From the NCBI GenBank assembly GCA_903922735.1, contig CAIXUZ010000049.1, forward strand, positions 16,636 to 80,635: 64,000 bases of DNA, in the 5' to 3' direction. A program made the position numbers and the translations under genes. Below the pieces are notes generated by a model. That model saw only the letters and a list, made by a program, of their open reading frames with translations. It made no database searches and had not been told where the DNA came from. Source of the stretch: an uncultured Verrucomicrobia subdivision 3 bacterium. Lineage in GTDB: Bacteria; Verrucomicrobiota; Verrucomicrobiia; Limisphaerales; UBA11358. Shown in pieces: positions 20,553 to 29,998 of this stretch. Positions within the stretch are counted from its first letter, which is position 1. Each line of letters begins with the position of its first letter.

Positions 20553-21530
20553 GTGCAAACAATATTTGCAAAATCAGATGATGCGACCAATGGCGTCGCC
20601 GACCATTCCCAGCCCCATAATTTCACCACCGCTGCCCCCGGAGAAAATGGCCTGGGCAACCGCGCTCTGGTTGACGCATTGACCAACTCCCGCATCTATC
20701 GTGATTACGAACGCGCGTTCAGCGATTTAACCGGCCTGCCGGTCGCCTTGCAGCCGATTGAGACCTGGCAACTACCGCATCATGGCAAACGCAACGAGAA
20801 CGCCTTCTGCTCCCTGATCTCCAAAAAAAGCCGCGCTTGCGCCGCCTGCCTACAGGTGCAGGAACACCTGTGCCAGCAGGCGACAAACGAACCGGAGACG
20901 GTGGTTTGCCCCGTCGGTTTGAGCGATAGCGCCGTGCCGGTGCGCATGAGCGACCGGTTGGTAGGCTTCCTGCAAATCGGCCAGGTATTCCGCAAGAAAC
21001 CGACCGCCGCCCAGTTTGAAAAAGTCGTCAAATTGACCGCCAAATGGGGATTGGACGCCGACCGAGAAACGTTGCGCAACGCCTACTTTTCCGGCAAGGT
21101 CATTTCACAAAAAGAACACGATTCCGCCATCAAGCTCCTAACCATTTTTGCCCAGCATCTGGCAATGCTGAGCAATCAGGTCTTCATCCAGCAGGAAAAC
21201 TCCGAGCCGCCCGCCATCACCAAAGCGCGCGCCTACATCCACGAACACCAGACCGAGGAATTGTCGCTGGGGCAGGTGGCGAAATCCATCAACATGAGCA
21301 GTTATTACTTCTGCAAAATGTTCAAGAAGGTCACCGGCATCAACTTCACCGATTACGTCGCCCGCGTGCGGATTGAGAAGTCCAAAAATCTGCTCCTCAA
21401 CCCCAACCTGCGCGTCAGCGAAATCGCCTTTGAAGTCGGATTCCAGTCGCTCACCCATTTCAACCGCGTGTTCAAAAAGATTCTGGGCCAGTCCCCCACC
21501 GACTACCGCGCCCAGCTGCTGGCGCACTAA
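20553..21530 (+). CDS. PocR sensory domain + AraC-family HTH transcriptional regulator
   Basis: PocR-type Cys pattern (NAFC..., CAAC, CPVGL..SAVP); AraC HTH (YFCKMFKK, SEIAFEVGFQSLTHFNRVFKK..GQSPTDYR). GTG start uncertain. Confidence 0.9.
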   Translation: MQTIFAKSDDATNGVADHSQPHNFTTAAPGENGLGNRALVDALTNSRIYRDYERAFSDLTGLPVALQPIETWQLPHHGKRNENAFCSLISKKSRACAACLQVQEHLCQQATNEPETVVCPVGLSDSAVPVRMSDRLVGFLQIGQVFRKKPTAAQFEKVVKLTAKWGLDADRETLRNAYFSGKVISQKEHDSAIKLLTIFAQHLAMLSNQVFIQQENSEPPAITKARAYIHEHQTEELSLGQVAKSINMSSYYFCKMFKKVTGINFTDYVARVRIEKSKNLLLNPNLRVSEIAFEVGFQSLTHFNRVFKKILGQSPTDYRAQLLAH

Positions 21531-21628
21531 CCCTCGCGCCCAAGTCCCGCCCCGGCGCCACTGGGGCAGTCGTTATTGATTCTGCAATTGGCATTGGCAG
21601 GGGCCGATTAATTTCCGATATTCCCGCG

Positions 21629-22684
21629 ATGCAAGGGATGAGGAAAAAATCAACAAACTCCCGCGCCCGCGTGGCGTCCGCCGTGCGCGACCGGGATGAG
21701 CGGCTGCGGGCCATCCTCGAAACCGCCGTCGAAGGCATCATCACGATTGACGAGCGCGGCATCATCGAATCCTTCAATCCCGCCGCAGAAAAGATCTTCG
21801 GCTACCCGGCGGCTGAAATCATCGGCAAAAACGTCAGCCGGTTAATGCCAACGCCGCACCAACAAAAGCACGACGGCTATATCGAAAATTACCGGCGCAC
21901 CGGCCACGCCAAAATCATCGGCATCGGCCGCGAAACCCTGGCGCAAAAGAAAGACGGCACGATTTTCCCCATCGACCTGTCCATCAGCGAGGTCAAGCTG
22001 AGCGACCGGCGCCGGTTTACCGGCTTCATCCGCGACATCACCGAACGAAAGCGGCTGGAAAAAGAGATCCTTGAAATCAGCGAACGCGAACAACGCCGGA
22101 TCGGCCAGGATCTCCACGATGGTCTCTGCCAGCATCTCGCGGGAATTGAAATGTTGAGCCAGGTGCTCGCCCAAAAGCTGGCCGCCCAATCACGGCCCGC
22201 CGCCGCCCGCGCCCGTGAAATCGCCAAAGCTGTTCGCCAAGCCATCCGTGAAACCCGGCGACTGGCACGCGGGCTTTCACCGGTCACGCTGGAGGCCGAC
22301 GGCTTGATGTCCGCCCTGGCGGAACTGGCTTTAAACACCGAAAAAATGTTCCGCGTGCGGTGCGAGTTCAACTGTCCCGACCCGGTGAAATCCGACAACC
22401 ACGCGACCGCCACGCATTTGTTTCGCATCGCGCAGGAAGCCGTTTCCAACGCCATCAAACATGGGCGAGCCAAGACCATCGCCATCGAACTGCGCGAGGA
22501 AAACGAGCAAATCCATTTACGAATCAGCGACAACGGAAAGGGGTTCCCGAAAAAAAAATCCGGCCGCAACGGCATGGGATTGCGGATCATGCAGTCCCGC
22601 AGCAGCATGGTCAGCGGCACCCTGACCATCGAACCCAACCCCGGCGGCGGCACGATCGTCACCGGCAGCGCTCCCAAGCAATAA
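21629..22684 (+). CDS. Cytoplasmic FixL-like heme-PAS sensor kinase (HisKA_3 type)
   Basis: LMPTPHQQKHDGYIENY..TG..KIIGIGRE (FixL heme PAS pattern); H-box IGQDLHDGLCQ; RIAQEAVSNAIKHG, DNGKG, GMGL. Confidence 0.88.
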   Translation: MQGMRKKSTNSRARVASAVRDRDERLRAILETAVEGIITIDERGIIESFNPAAEKIFGYPAAEIIGKNVSRLMPTPHQQKHDGYIENYRRTGHAKIIGIGRETLAQKKDGTIFPIDLSISEVKLSDRRRFTGFIRDITERKRLEKEILEISEREQRRIGQDLHDGLCQHLAGIEMLSQVLAQKLAAQSRPAAARAREIAKAVRQAIRETRRLARGLSPVTLEADGLMSALAELALNTEKMFRVRCEFNCPDPVKSDNHATATHLFRIAQEAVSNAIKHGRAKTIAIELREENEQIHLRISDNGKGFPKKKSGRNGMGLRIMQSRSSMVSGTLTIEPNPGGGTIVTGSAPKQ

Positions 22685-22690
22685 CTCTAT

Positions 22691-23368
22691 ATGCCCGCAA
22701 AAACGAAACCGACCGCCAAGCGCATTCTGATCGTGGACGATCATCCGATGATGCGCAATGGGCTGGCCCAGTTGATCGACAATGAACCCGACTTGAAGGC
22801 CATCGCCGAAGCCGACACCGCCCGACAGGCGATCGAAGCGGCGACCCGCCAGAAATTCGACCTCGCCCTGCTCGACCTGTCCCTGCCCGATAAAAACGGA
22901 TTGGAACTCATCAAAGACCTCCGCGTGCTGCAGCCGGAACTGCCGCTGCTGGTGGTCTCGATGCACGATGAAATGATTTATGCCGAACGCGTGCTGCGCG
23001 CCGGCGCCCGCGGCTACATCATGAAGCAGGAGGGCGGACAGAAATTTTTACGAGCCATCCGGCAAGTGCTCAGCGGACAAGTCTATGTCAGTGAAAAAAT
23101 GGCGGCCCGAATCCTGGAAACCTTCTCCGGCCGGAGCGCCGCCGGATCCACCTCGCCAGTCAGCCAGCTGTCCGACCGCGAATTTGAAGTGTATCAACTC
23201 ATCGGCCAGGGCGTCAGCACGCGGGATATTGCCGAGCGCCTGCATATAAGCGCCAAGACGGTGGAAGTGCACCGGGCGAACATCAAACACAAGCTGCACT
23301 TAAAGACCGCCTCCGAACTAGTGCGCCATGCCGTGCGCTGGGTGGACGCCCAAGCCCAAAAATCATAA
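22691..23368 (+). CDS. NarL/FixJ-family response regulator (receiver + LuxR HTH)
   Basis: ILIVDDHP, LLDLSLP, LSDREFEV...ISAKTVEVHRANIK.KL. Confidence 0.93.
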   Translation: MPAKTKPTAKRILIVDDHPMMRNGLAQLIDNEPDLKAIAEADTARQAIEAATRQKFDLALLDLSLPDKNGLELIKDLRVLQPELPLLVVSMHDEMIYAERVLRAGARGYIMKQEGGQKFLRAIRQVLSGQVYVSEKMAARILETFSGRSAAGSTSPVSQLSDREFEVYQLIGQGVSTRDIAERLHISAKTVEVHRANIKHKLHLKTASELVRHAVRWVDAQAQKS

Positions 23369-23434
23369 CGGACGAACCCGCTCCGCACCCAGGCAGGCAT
23401 GGGTTGCCGAAAAAATCACAATTATTGGTGATGA

Positions 23435-23454
23435 TTTGCCAAAAGTAGAGAAGT
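23435..23454 (+). promoter_or_regulatory. Putative regulator site TTTGCCAAAA upstream of the CoA ligase gene
   Basis: The identical 10-mer occurs upstream of nifJ (33845) and related copies upstream of hoxE; function inferred. Confidence 0.45.
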
Positions 23455-23513
23455 TTGAAGTTTCTACTACTGCCACCTTCTTTGTTGAACGAATTATTTA
23501 AGCCAACTTTATT

Positions 23514-26267
23514 ATGACTCCCATTTCAACCACCCCGCAAAAGCTCGAATCCGCCCACGACATCCTGCACCACACCACCCGGCGTCCGCTCGACCCGATT
23601 TTCTCGCCCAAGTCCGTGGCGGTCATCGGCGCGACGGAAACCATCGGGAGCGTGGGGCGGACGATTCTTGACAACCTGATCAAGGGCGGATTCGCCGGCA
23701 CGATTTACCCGGTGAATCCCAAACGCCCGACGGTCCTCGGTCTCCCGGCCTACACGAGCATCACCGCCGTTCCGCAAGCGCCCGACCTCGCCGTCATCAT
23801 CACGCCGCCGGCGACCGTGCCGGGCATCATCAAGGATTGCGGCGCCAAAGGCGTCAAAGGCGTCATCATTATTTCCGCCGGCTTCAAAGAAATCGGCCCC
23901 GTGGGCGTGGAACTGGAACGCCAGGTCCTCGAAGAAGCGACCAAGGCCGGCATCCGCATTGTCGGACCGAATTGTTTGGGCGTGATGGTTCCCGGCTCAA
24001 AACTTAACGCCACCTTCGCCGCCGACATGGCGAAGGCGGGCAGCGTCGGATTCATCAGCCAGAGCGGCGCCCTCTGCACGGCGATTCTCGACTGGAGCTT
24101 GAAAGAAAACGTCGGCTTCAGCGCCTTCGTTTCGCTCGGCTCCATGCTCGACGTCGGCTGGGGCGATTTGATTTCGCACCTCGGCGATGATCCGGCCACC
24201 AAGAGCATCGTCATCTACATGGAAAGCATCGGCGACGCGCGCTCCTTCCTATCCGCCGCGCGCGAAGTCGCCCTGACCAAGCCCATCATTGTCATCAAGC
24301 CCGGCCGCACCGACGCCGCCGCCAAAGCCGCCGCGTCCCATACCGGCTCGCTCACCGGCAGCGATGAAGTCTTGCAGGCCGCCTTCCAGCGCGTCGGCGT
24401 CTTGCGCGTGGATTCCATCTCCGAACTGTTCGACATGGCGGAAGTGCTCGCCAAACAACCGCGCCCGAAAGGCCCGCGCCTGACCATCGTCACCAATGCC
24501 GGCGGCCCCAGCGTCATCGCCACCGACATGCTGATCGGCAGCGGCGCGCAGCTCGCCGAGCTTTCGGCGGAAACCATGGAAGCGTTCAACAAAATCCTCC
24601 CGCCCACCTGGAGCCACAACAATCCCGTGGACATCATCGGCGACGCCAAGCCGGAGCTTTACGCCAAGTCCCTCGAAATCGCCGCCAAGGATCCCAACAC
24701 CGACGGCATGCTCGTCATCCTCACCCCGCAGGCGATGACCGACCCGACCGCCACGGCCGAATGTCTCAAGGCCTACGCGCACATCCCCAACAAGCCCGTC
24801 ATCGCGAGTTGGATGGGCGCCGACATCGTCGCCAAGGGCGAGGACATCCTCAACGCCGCGAACATCCCCACCTTCAAGTATCCCGACCGCGCCGCCAAGG
24901 CGTTCTACTACATGTGGAACTCCAGCGAAAATCTCCGCCAGCTTTACGAAACCCCGGCCGCGGCGCCCGATGATGAACGCGGCGAAATCGACCGCGAGAA
25001 AGCCTCCGCCATCATCAACGAAGTCCGCAAATCCGGCCGCACCCTGCTCACGGAATTCGAATCCAAGAAGCTCCTCGCCGCCTACGGCATCCCGACCGTC
25101 GAGACGCACATCGCCACCACCGAGAGCGACGCCGTCAAACAAGCCGCGCGCCTCGGCTTCCCCGTGGTGCTGAAGCTGCACTCCGAAACCATCACGCACA
25201 AGACCGACGTCGGCGGCGTGCAATTGAATCTCCGCACCGCCTCCGCCGTGCGCCAGGCCTACAAGTCCATCGAAAGCTCCTGCGCCAAGAAGGTCGGCAA
25301 GGAACATTTCCAAGGCGTCACCGTGCAGCCCATGATCAAGCTGGACGGCTACGAAATCATCATCGGCAGCAGCATTGACCCGCAGTTCGGACCCGTATTG
25401 CTTTTCGGCACCGGCGGCCAGCTGGTGGAAGTGTTCAAGGACCGCGCGCTCGGCCTGCCGCCGCTCAACGCCACGCTCGCCCGCCGCATGATGGAGCGCA
25501 CCAAGATCTACACCGCGCTCAAGGGCGTGCGCGGCCGCAAGGCGACCAACCTCGCCGCCATCGAGCAGCTCCTCGTGCGCTTCAGCCAGCTCGTCGTCGA
25601 ACAGCCGTGGATCGCGGAAATCGACATCAATCCCCTGCTCGTCTCCGCCGAACGCATCTTCGCGCTCGACGGCCGCGTCGTCCTGCATCCGCTGAACACG
25701 CCGGAAGACAAGCTGCCCAAGTCCGCCATCCGCCCGTATCCGAACCAATACGCCACGCCGTGGAAATTGAAGAACAAGGCGCCGCTCTTCATCCGCCCCA
25801 TCAAGCCCGAAGACGAACCGATGATGGTAAAATTCCACGAAACGCTGTCCGAAGAGAGCGTTTACAACCGCTATTTTAGCGCGCTGAAACTCTCGCAGCG
25901 CATCACCCACGAACGGCTCCAGCGCATCTGCTTCAACGATTACGACCGGGAAATCGCGCTCGTCGCGGAATTGAAAGCCCCGAAAGGCGAGGAGAAGAAA
26001 ATCCTCGGCGTGGGCCGCCTGAGCAAACAGCACGGCCGCAGCGAGGCGGAATTCGCCGTCCTCGTCAACGACCACTGGCACGATCAAGGCCTCGGCAGCG
26101 AACTCCTCCGCCGCCTCATCGAAATCGGCCGGGTGGAAAAGCTCACGAAGATCTCCGGCCAGATCCTCGCGGAAAATCACGCCATGCAGCACATCTGCCG
26201 CAAGACCGGATTCAAAGTCGTCCACGACTCTGAAAGCAACATCTTCAACGCCAGCTACACCTACTGA
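23514..26267 (+). CDS. ADP-forming acetate/acyl-CoA ligase fused to a C-terminal GNAT domain
   Basis: [48 protein letters not shown]-grasp HKTDVGGV and EIDINPL; C-terminal GNAT (IRPIKPEDE...AEFAVLV.D.W..QGLG). Confidence 0.94.
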   Translation: MTPISTTPQKLESAHDILHHTTRRPLDPIFSPKSVAVIGATETIGSVGRTILDNLIKGGFAGTIYPVNPKRPTVLGLPAYTSITAVPQAPDLAVIITPPATVPGIIKDCGAKGVKGVIIISAGFKEIGPVGVELERQVLEEATKAGIRIVGPNCLGVMVPGSKLNATFAADMAKAGSVGFISQSGALCTAILDWSLKENVGFSAFVSLGSMLDVGWGDLISHLGDDPATKSIVIYMESIGDARSFLSAAREVALTKPIIVIKPGRTDAAAKAAASHTGSLTGSDEVLQAAFQRVGVLRVDSISELFDMAEVLAKQPRPKGPRLTIVTNAGGPSVIATDMLIGSGAQLAELSAETMEAFNKILPPTWSHNNPVDIIGDAKPELYAKSLEIAAKDPNTDGMLVILTPQAMTDPTATAECLKAYAHIPNKPVIASWMGADIVAKGEDILNAANIPTFKYPDRAAKAFYYMWNSSENLRQLYETPAAAPDDERGEIDREKASAIINEVRKSGRTLLTEFESKKLLAAYGIPTVETHIATTESDAVKQAARLGFPVVLKLHSETITHKTDVGGVQLNLRTASAVRQAYKSIESSCAKKVGKEHFQGVTVQPMIKLDGYEIIIGSSIDPQFGPVLLFGTGGQLVEVFKDRALGLPPLNATLARRMMERTKIYTALKGVRGRKATNLAAIEQLLVRFSQLVVEQPWIAEIDINPLLVSAERIFALDGRVVLHPLNTPEDKLPKSAIRPYPNQYATPWKLKNKAPLFIRPIKPEDEPMMVKFHETLSEESVYNRYFSALKLSQRITHERLQRICFNDYDREIALVAELKAPKGEEKKILGVGRLSKQHGRSEAEFAVLVNDHWHDQGLGSELLRRLIEIGRVEKLTKISGQILAENHAMQHICRKTGFKVVHDSESNIFNASYTY

Positions 26268-26291
26268 GCCGGCGATCCATCGGACTACACC

Positions 26292-26325
26292 AAAGCCCGC
26301 GACCTTGTGTCGCGGGTTTTGTTTT
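26292..26325 (+). terminator. Rho-independent terminator
   Basis: AAAGCCCGCGAC-CTTGT-GTCGCGGGTTTT. Confidence 0.8.
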
Positions 26326-26465
26326 ACCTGCCCCGATTGTGAACATTCACCACGACCAAGTGCCATCAGACATTAGCTCCGGCAGCGGACTGTTTGCAAT
26401 ATTTGGTGGCGACGAAGACACGAAGTGTCGTCACGAAGAAGTTAAGGGGTTTTTAACAGATTACG

Positions 26466-27740
26466 TCAGTGGGCGTTGATGCGGTAAAACTTCCTGCCGC
26501 CGGCGCCGCCGGTCTGGCTGCCATCATCCGACCAGGTGGCCATGCCGTCTTTGATGCTGAATAGCGGATTAGTCACGGTCAGCCAACTGATCAGGTTGGT
26601 GGAATAATCAATCCCGTTGGTGATCCCGGTTTCAGCGCCAAACACCACGCTGAACACCTGATTGCTCACGGATTGGCTCACGACGATGGGCGGCGTGGCC
26701 ACGACTTGTGGCAGCCTGATGGAATAATCCGTGTCGTAGGCAAACCCGCTGTTGTCCGATCCGCCAGTCGAAAATATGGATGTCTCGGTTACTGCGACAC
26801 CATTTTGGAATTGAATCTGCGGTAGGAGTGGACCCGTGATCCAAGTGCCCAATGTCCCATCCGCCTGCACAGGAGCATAGAAATAAGACCTCGTTGGGCC
26901 GGAGCCATTAAAGCCACCAATCGAAAAAACATGGCCTCCAGAGGCAACCACACCGTGCATAGATTCCGGCTGCGGGAGCGGTGTGGTGGAATGCCAAGCA
27001 GAAAGAGTCCCATTTGCGTTGATCTTGGCATAGTAAACATTGCTCGTAACCTGAGATGCGATGTTGAACGCACCACTGACCAGATACAAGTAGCCGTTGG
27101 CAGCGGATGCATGATAAACCGTGGCGGCTGGAAGAGGCGTCAGGGCCGTCCAAGCAGAAAGGCTTCCGTCGGCAAGGACTCTTGCCGAATAGACCGTGGC
27201 ATAATCTGTCGCATAACCGTTCGGTTCATCGTAGCCGCCGATGACAAAGATGATATTGTTCCAGACGGCGGCACTTGCATACACACGGGGGGATGGCAGG
27301 GATCGGGCTGACTTCCAAGTGTCGAGACTCCCATCGGGCTTAATTTTGGCAACATAAACCACATTTGTGATGATGAGTCCGTTCGCATCAGTGTAATGAT
27401 AGCCACCGAGAACATAGAGGTAGCTGCTTGTGGCCACCTCGCAATGGAAAGACACGGCTTCCGGGAGTGGAGACGTTGCAGTCCATACTCCAGCCGTGCC
27501 ATTGTTGACGCGGGAGTAAAAGCAGTTGACGCCAGCATAAAATCCGTTTTGGTTGGCAGTGCCGCCGGTTTGATAGAGAAAGGGCGATGAATATGCGAGG
27601 GCGTGGCTATTATAGCCGTCGGGCAATGATGTCGTCGCCGTCCATGAAGTGGGACCAGCCGAGACGCGAGCCACCGCCAGCCAGAAAAAGAAGATAACGT
27701 ATCTGCTACGTCGCAGACGATCTCGGAAATCAGACATCAT
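26466..27740 (-). CDS. Secreted Kelch-type beta-propeller protein with C-terminal STNL..W...FYR tail
   Basis: About six repeats of W...(T/P)LP....H......LY..GG; signal-peptide-like N-terminus; tail YSTNLISW...RKFYRI resembles the ends of many Verrucomicrobial secreted proteins. Confidence 0.8.
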   Translation of the reverse strand: MMSDFRDRLRRSRYVIFFFWLAVARVSAGPTSWTATTSLPDGYNSHALAYSSPFLYQTGGTANQNGFYAGVNCFYSRVNNGTAGVWTATSPLPEAVSFHCEVATSSYLYVLGGYHYTDANGLIITNVVYVAKIKPDGSLDTWKSARSLPSPRVYASAAVWNNIIFVIGGYDEPNGYATDYATVYSARVLADGSLSAWTALTPLPAATVYHASAANGYLYLVSGAFNIASQVTSNVYYAKINANGTLSAWHSTTPLPQPESMHGVVASGGHVFSIGGFNGSGPTRSYFYAPVQADGTLGTWITGPLLPQIQFQNGVAVTETSIFSTGGSDNSGFAYDTDYSIRLPQVVATPPIVVSQSVSNQVFSVVFGAETGITNGIDYSTNLISWLTVTNPLFSIKDGMATWSDDGSQTGGAGGRKFYRINAH

Positions 27741-27950
27741 GGATATGTCTCCATGAAATTGACGTCGTCAAAGTGACAGAACTTAATTTATCACATTCTA
27801 GCATCGCATGCTAACCTACCAAAACGAACCGGGTCGTCAACCGGCAAGCGAGTTTCCGGTTTTGTGAGAGTCGAGAGGCCGATGGCCTTTCGCGGCGGGG
27901 GTTGGGATGACGCAAATGAATGTCCATCCACTTCAGCGCCCATTACTCCC

Positions 27951-27999
27951 AGAAGTGGAAACCGATTCTCCTTGCTTGGGGAGAAGGCCGGGATGAGGG
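27951..27999 (-). repeat. REP-like element (CCCTCATCCCGGCCTTCTCCCC family)
   Basis: Reverse strand CCCTCATCCCGGCCTTCTCCCCAAGCAAGGAGAA; related copies at 31312 and 62086-62276. Confidence 0.7.
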
Positions 28000-28201
28000 A
28001 GGATAAAAACATTTCCTGTCAGACTTGATGCTTCACCGGAAGTTGGAGCAGCCGACGTCTGTCGGCTCCAATTAATTCCCCCGCATCAATATTTAGAATG
28101 TGCGGACTCACATTCGCTGCAAAACCCCACAACCCCATCGGGCAGTGGCCTGATTCGCGCGAAGGGCGCGAAGAAGATAAAGGTAAAACTTTCCGCCATG
28201 G

Positions 28202-28234
28202 TGCCCCACCGGAAGGTGTGGCCGTGCGCAAGCA
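28202..28234. repeat. 33-bp motif, copy 1, directly after the stop of 28238..28693
   Basis: TGCCCCACCGGAAGGTGTGGCCGTGCGCAAGCA; 28/33 identical to 28807..28839. Confidence 0.8.
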
Positions 28235-28237
28235 CCT

Positions 28238-28693
28238 TCACGTCTCCGACATCACCCAGGCGGAGAACGGGCTCCACTGGCCGCCCACCCGGTAACGCAT
28301 GGCCATCAGCGGAGCGACCCCGCCGTTACCGCCATGCTTCGTCCAAACTGTGCCGCCGTCCGTGCTGCCGGACAATACGGGGAGCAACGTGCAGTTGGAC
28401 AAATCCTGATTGGGGTCGATGCCGCTGCTGACGGTGACGACACATTGCCACGCCTCCGGCGCGGCGGACACCAGGCTTTTGTCGATGCTCCCATCGGCGG
28501 AGGAACTCAGGTCGCTGCTGATCTCCGGCACCGACAGCGGGAAATGCGCCTGCAAACCGGCGATCTGGATTTGCTGGTCCGCGACTTGGGTTTGGAGCGC
28601 ATCGATGAGCGCTTTGAGGCCGTTGAACTGGTTGCGCAATTCCGCCGCCACGATGGGCGCATGATTCACGGGTAATGTCGGGTCGTATGGCAT
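28238..28693 (-). CDS. Hypothetical protein with short N-terminal coiled coil
   Basis: MPYDPTLP..APIVAAELRNQFNGLKALID followed by heptads and a beta-rich C-terminus (MRYRVGGQWSPFSAW); GC-biased codons; co-oriented with the FN3-like gene. Confidence 0.75.
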   Translation of the reverse strand: MPYDPTLPVNHAPIVAAELRNQFNGLKALIDALQTQVADQQIQIAGLQAHFPLSVPEISSDLSSSADGSIDKSLVSAAPEAWQCVVTVSSGIDPNQDLSNCTLLPVLSGSTDGGTVWTKHGGNGGVAPLMAMRYRVGGQWSPFSAWVMSET

Positions 28694-28713
28694 AAATAAT
28701 TAGTTATTGATTG

Positions 28714-28801
28714 GTAGGGCGGGCAGTCCCCTGCCCGCCGCTGTTGTCAACAAACACGTTCTGGTTCACCACGACGGCGCGCAGGGGACTGCGCGCCCTA
28801 C
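28714..28801. repeat. GTAG-type REP doublet (inverted pair)
   Basis: GTAGGGCGGGCAGTCCCCTGCCCGCCG ... CGGCGCGCAGGGGACTGCGCGCCCTAC. Confidence 0.8.
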
Positions 28802-28806
28802 TCTGA

Positions 28807-28839
28807 TGCCGCACCGGAAGGTATGGCCCTACGCAAGTA
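28807..28839. repeat. 33-bp motif, copy 2, directly after the stop of 28841..29557
   Basis: TGCCGCACCGGAAGGTATGGCCCTACGCAAGTA. Confidence 0.8.
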
Positions 28840-28840
28840 G

Positions 28841-29557
28841 TCAGGGCACGATCTTCGTGGCCGGGTCGCTCCAGGCGCCATCATTCACCGGTTTCGGTGC
28901 CCGCGCTTTCACGCGGAACCACAGCTTCTGTCCGCTCGTCAGGTCCGTGAGGCTATACTTGCTGCCGCTGCACGAATCCACCAGCTTCCATTTGCTTGCA
29001 TCGTTCGGGTCGGTGCTCATCTGCACCTGGTAATTCTTCGTGCCGCGCACCGGATCCCATTGCAAATCCAGCCGCCCCTCGGCGTCGCCCGCCGTGATGG
29101 AGAGATTCTGCACCTGCGCCAGCGGCCCGATGGGCGCGGCGGACGCCTTGACGCTCATGCCTGCACTTTCAATCTTCACCTTGTTGCCCTGGGTCACGTT
29201 GGACACATAATCCCCCAGCGAGGTGACGAGTCCACTCAACGTCGTGATGGCCGCGTCGCGGTCATCCGTCGCCTGTTTGGCGGCTTGCGCCGCCGCTTTT
29301 TGCGCCGCCACTTTCGTCGTGGCCGTGGCCAAGGCCGTGCTGACTGAGGCCAGCGTCGGGTTCGGCGTGGTGAAATTCGCATTCCCCGTCATCGCCGTGA
29401 TGATCTGGTCGGTCAGCGACAGGATTTCATCCGGCGTCATGCCGCCGAGTCCTAATTTGACTTTTGCCATTTTTTTTATCTCCAGTTGCGGCACGACCGG
29501 TTCATCATAATTAACGGATCCGTCATAAACGGATGCACTGTCATCATAATCAGCCAT
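28841..29557 (-). CDS. Helical domain + fibronectin type III-like domain protein (copy A)
   Basis: Ala/Thr-rich helical N-half; C-terminal LDLQWDPV.G..NYQVQ...LTDLTSGQKLWFRVKA...WSDP is an FN3 pattern; no signal peptide; second Met at residue 30. Confidence 0.82.
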   Translation of the reverse strand: MADYDDSASVYDGSVNYDEPVVPQLEIKKMAKVKLGLGGMTPDEILSLTDQIITAMTGNANFTTPNPTLASVSTALATATTKVAAQKAAAQAAKQATDDRDAAITTLSGLVTSLGDYVSNVTQGNKVKIESAGMSVKASAAPIGPLAQVQNLSITAGDAEGRLDLQWDPVRGTKNYQVQMSTDPNDASKWKLVDSCSGSKYSLTDLTSGQKLWFRVKARAPKPVNDGAWSDPATKIVP

Positions 29558-29746
29558 ATCATGCCTCGTTTATTTTTGTTGCTGCTCCCGCCCGCCGGCC
29601 GCCAGGCCGACCAAGCCGGAAGAACTGATGACGGTTTTACCACAAGCCGACCCGGCCCAAATACGATACTTTCCAAATCTTTTTATCGGGCTTGGGAAAA
29701 TGATTTTTCAAGGCGGAAACGCGGCCCCCCCAGCTTCCCGCCGGCT

Positions 29747-29998
29747 TTCCCGGAACTGGAAACCGGTTTCCCGAGCTTGGAATACGACTTTCCTAAACTG
29801 GGAAACGGTTTCCCAAGATTGGGAAATGACTTCCCAAGACTGGGAAATGACTTCCCAAGACTGGGAAATGACTTCCCAAGACTGGGAAACGACTTCCCAA
29901 GACTGGGAAACGACTTCCCAAGACTGGGAAACGACTTCCCAAGACTGGGAAATGACTTCCCAAGACTGGGAAACGATTTCCAAAAAGCAAAAAACCGT
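29747..29998. repeat. Tandem array of twelve 21-bp palindromic repeats
   Basis: TTCCCAAGACTGGGAAA(T/C)GAC near-perfect at 29810-29977 with degenerate flanking units; each contains TTCCCA-N4-TGGGAA. Confidence 0.95.

Noticed and set aside
24249-26366. 705-aa minus-strand ORF
   Set aside because: Antisense shadow of the CoA ligase-GNAT gene caused by high GC3; no recognisable motifs.
28202-28839. Integron attC sites
   Set aside because: The 33-bp motif is too short, lacks RYYYAAC/GTTRRRY ends, and no integron integrase is present.
29747-29998. CRISPR array
   Set aside because: Units are contiguous 21-mers without unique spacers, and no cas genes are present. The same holds for the arrays at 5200 and 60837.
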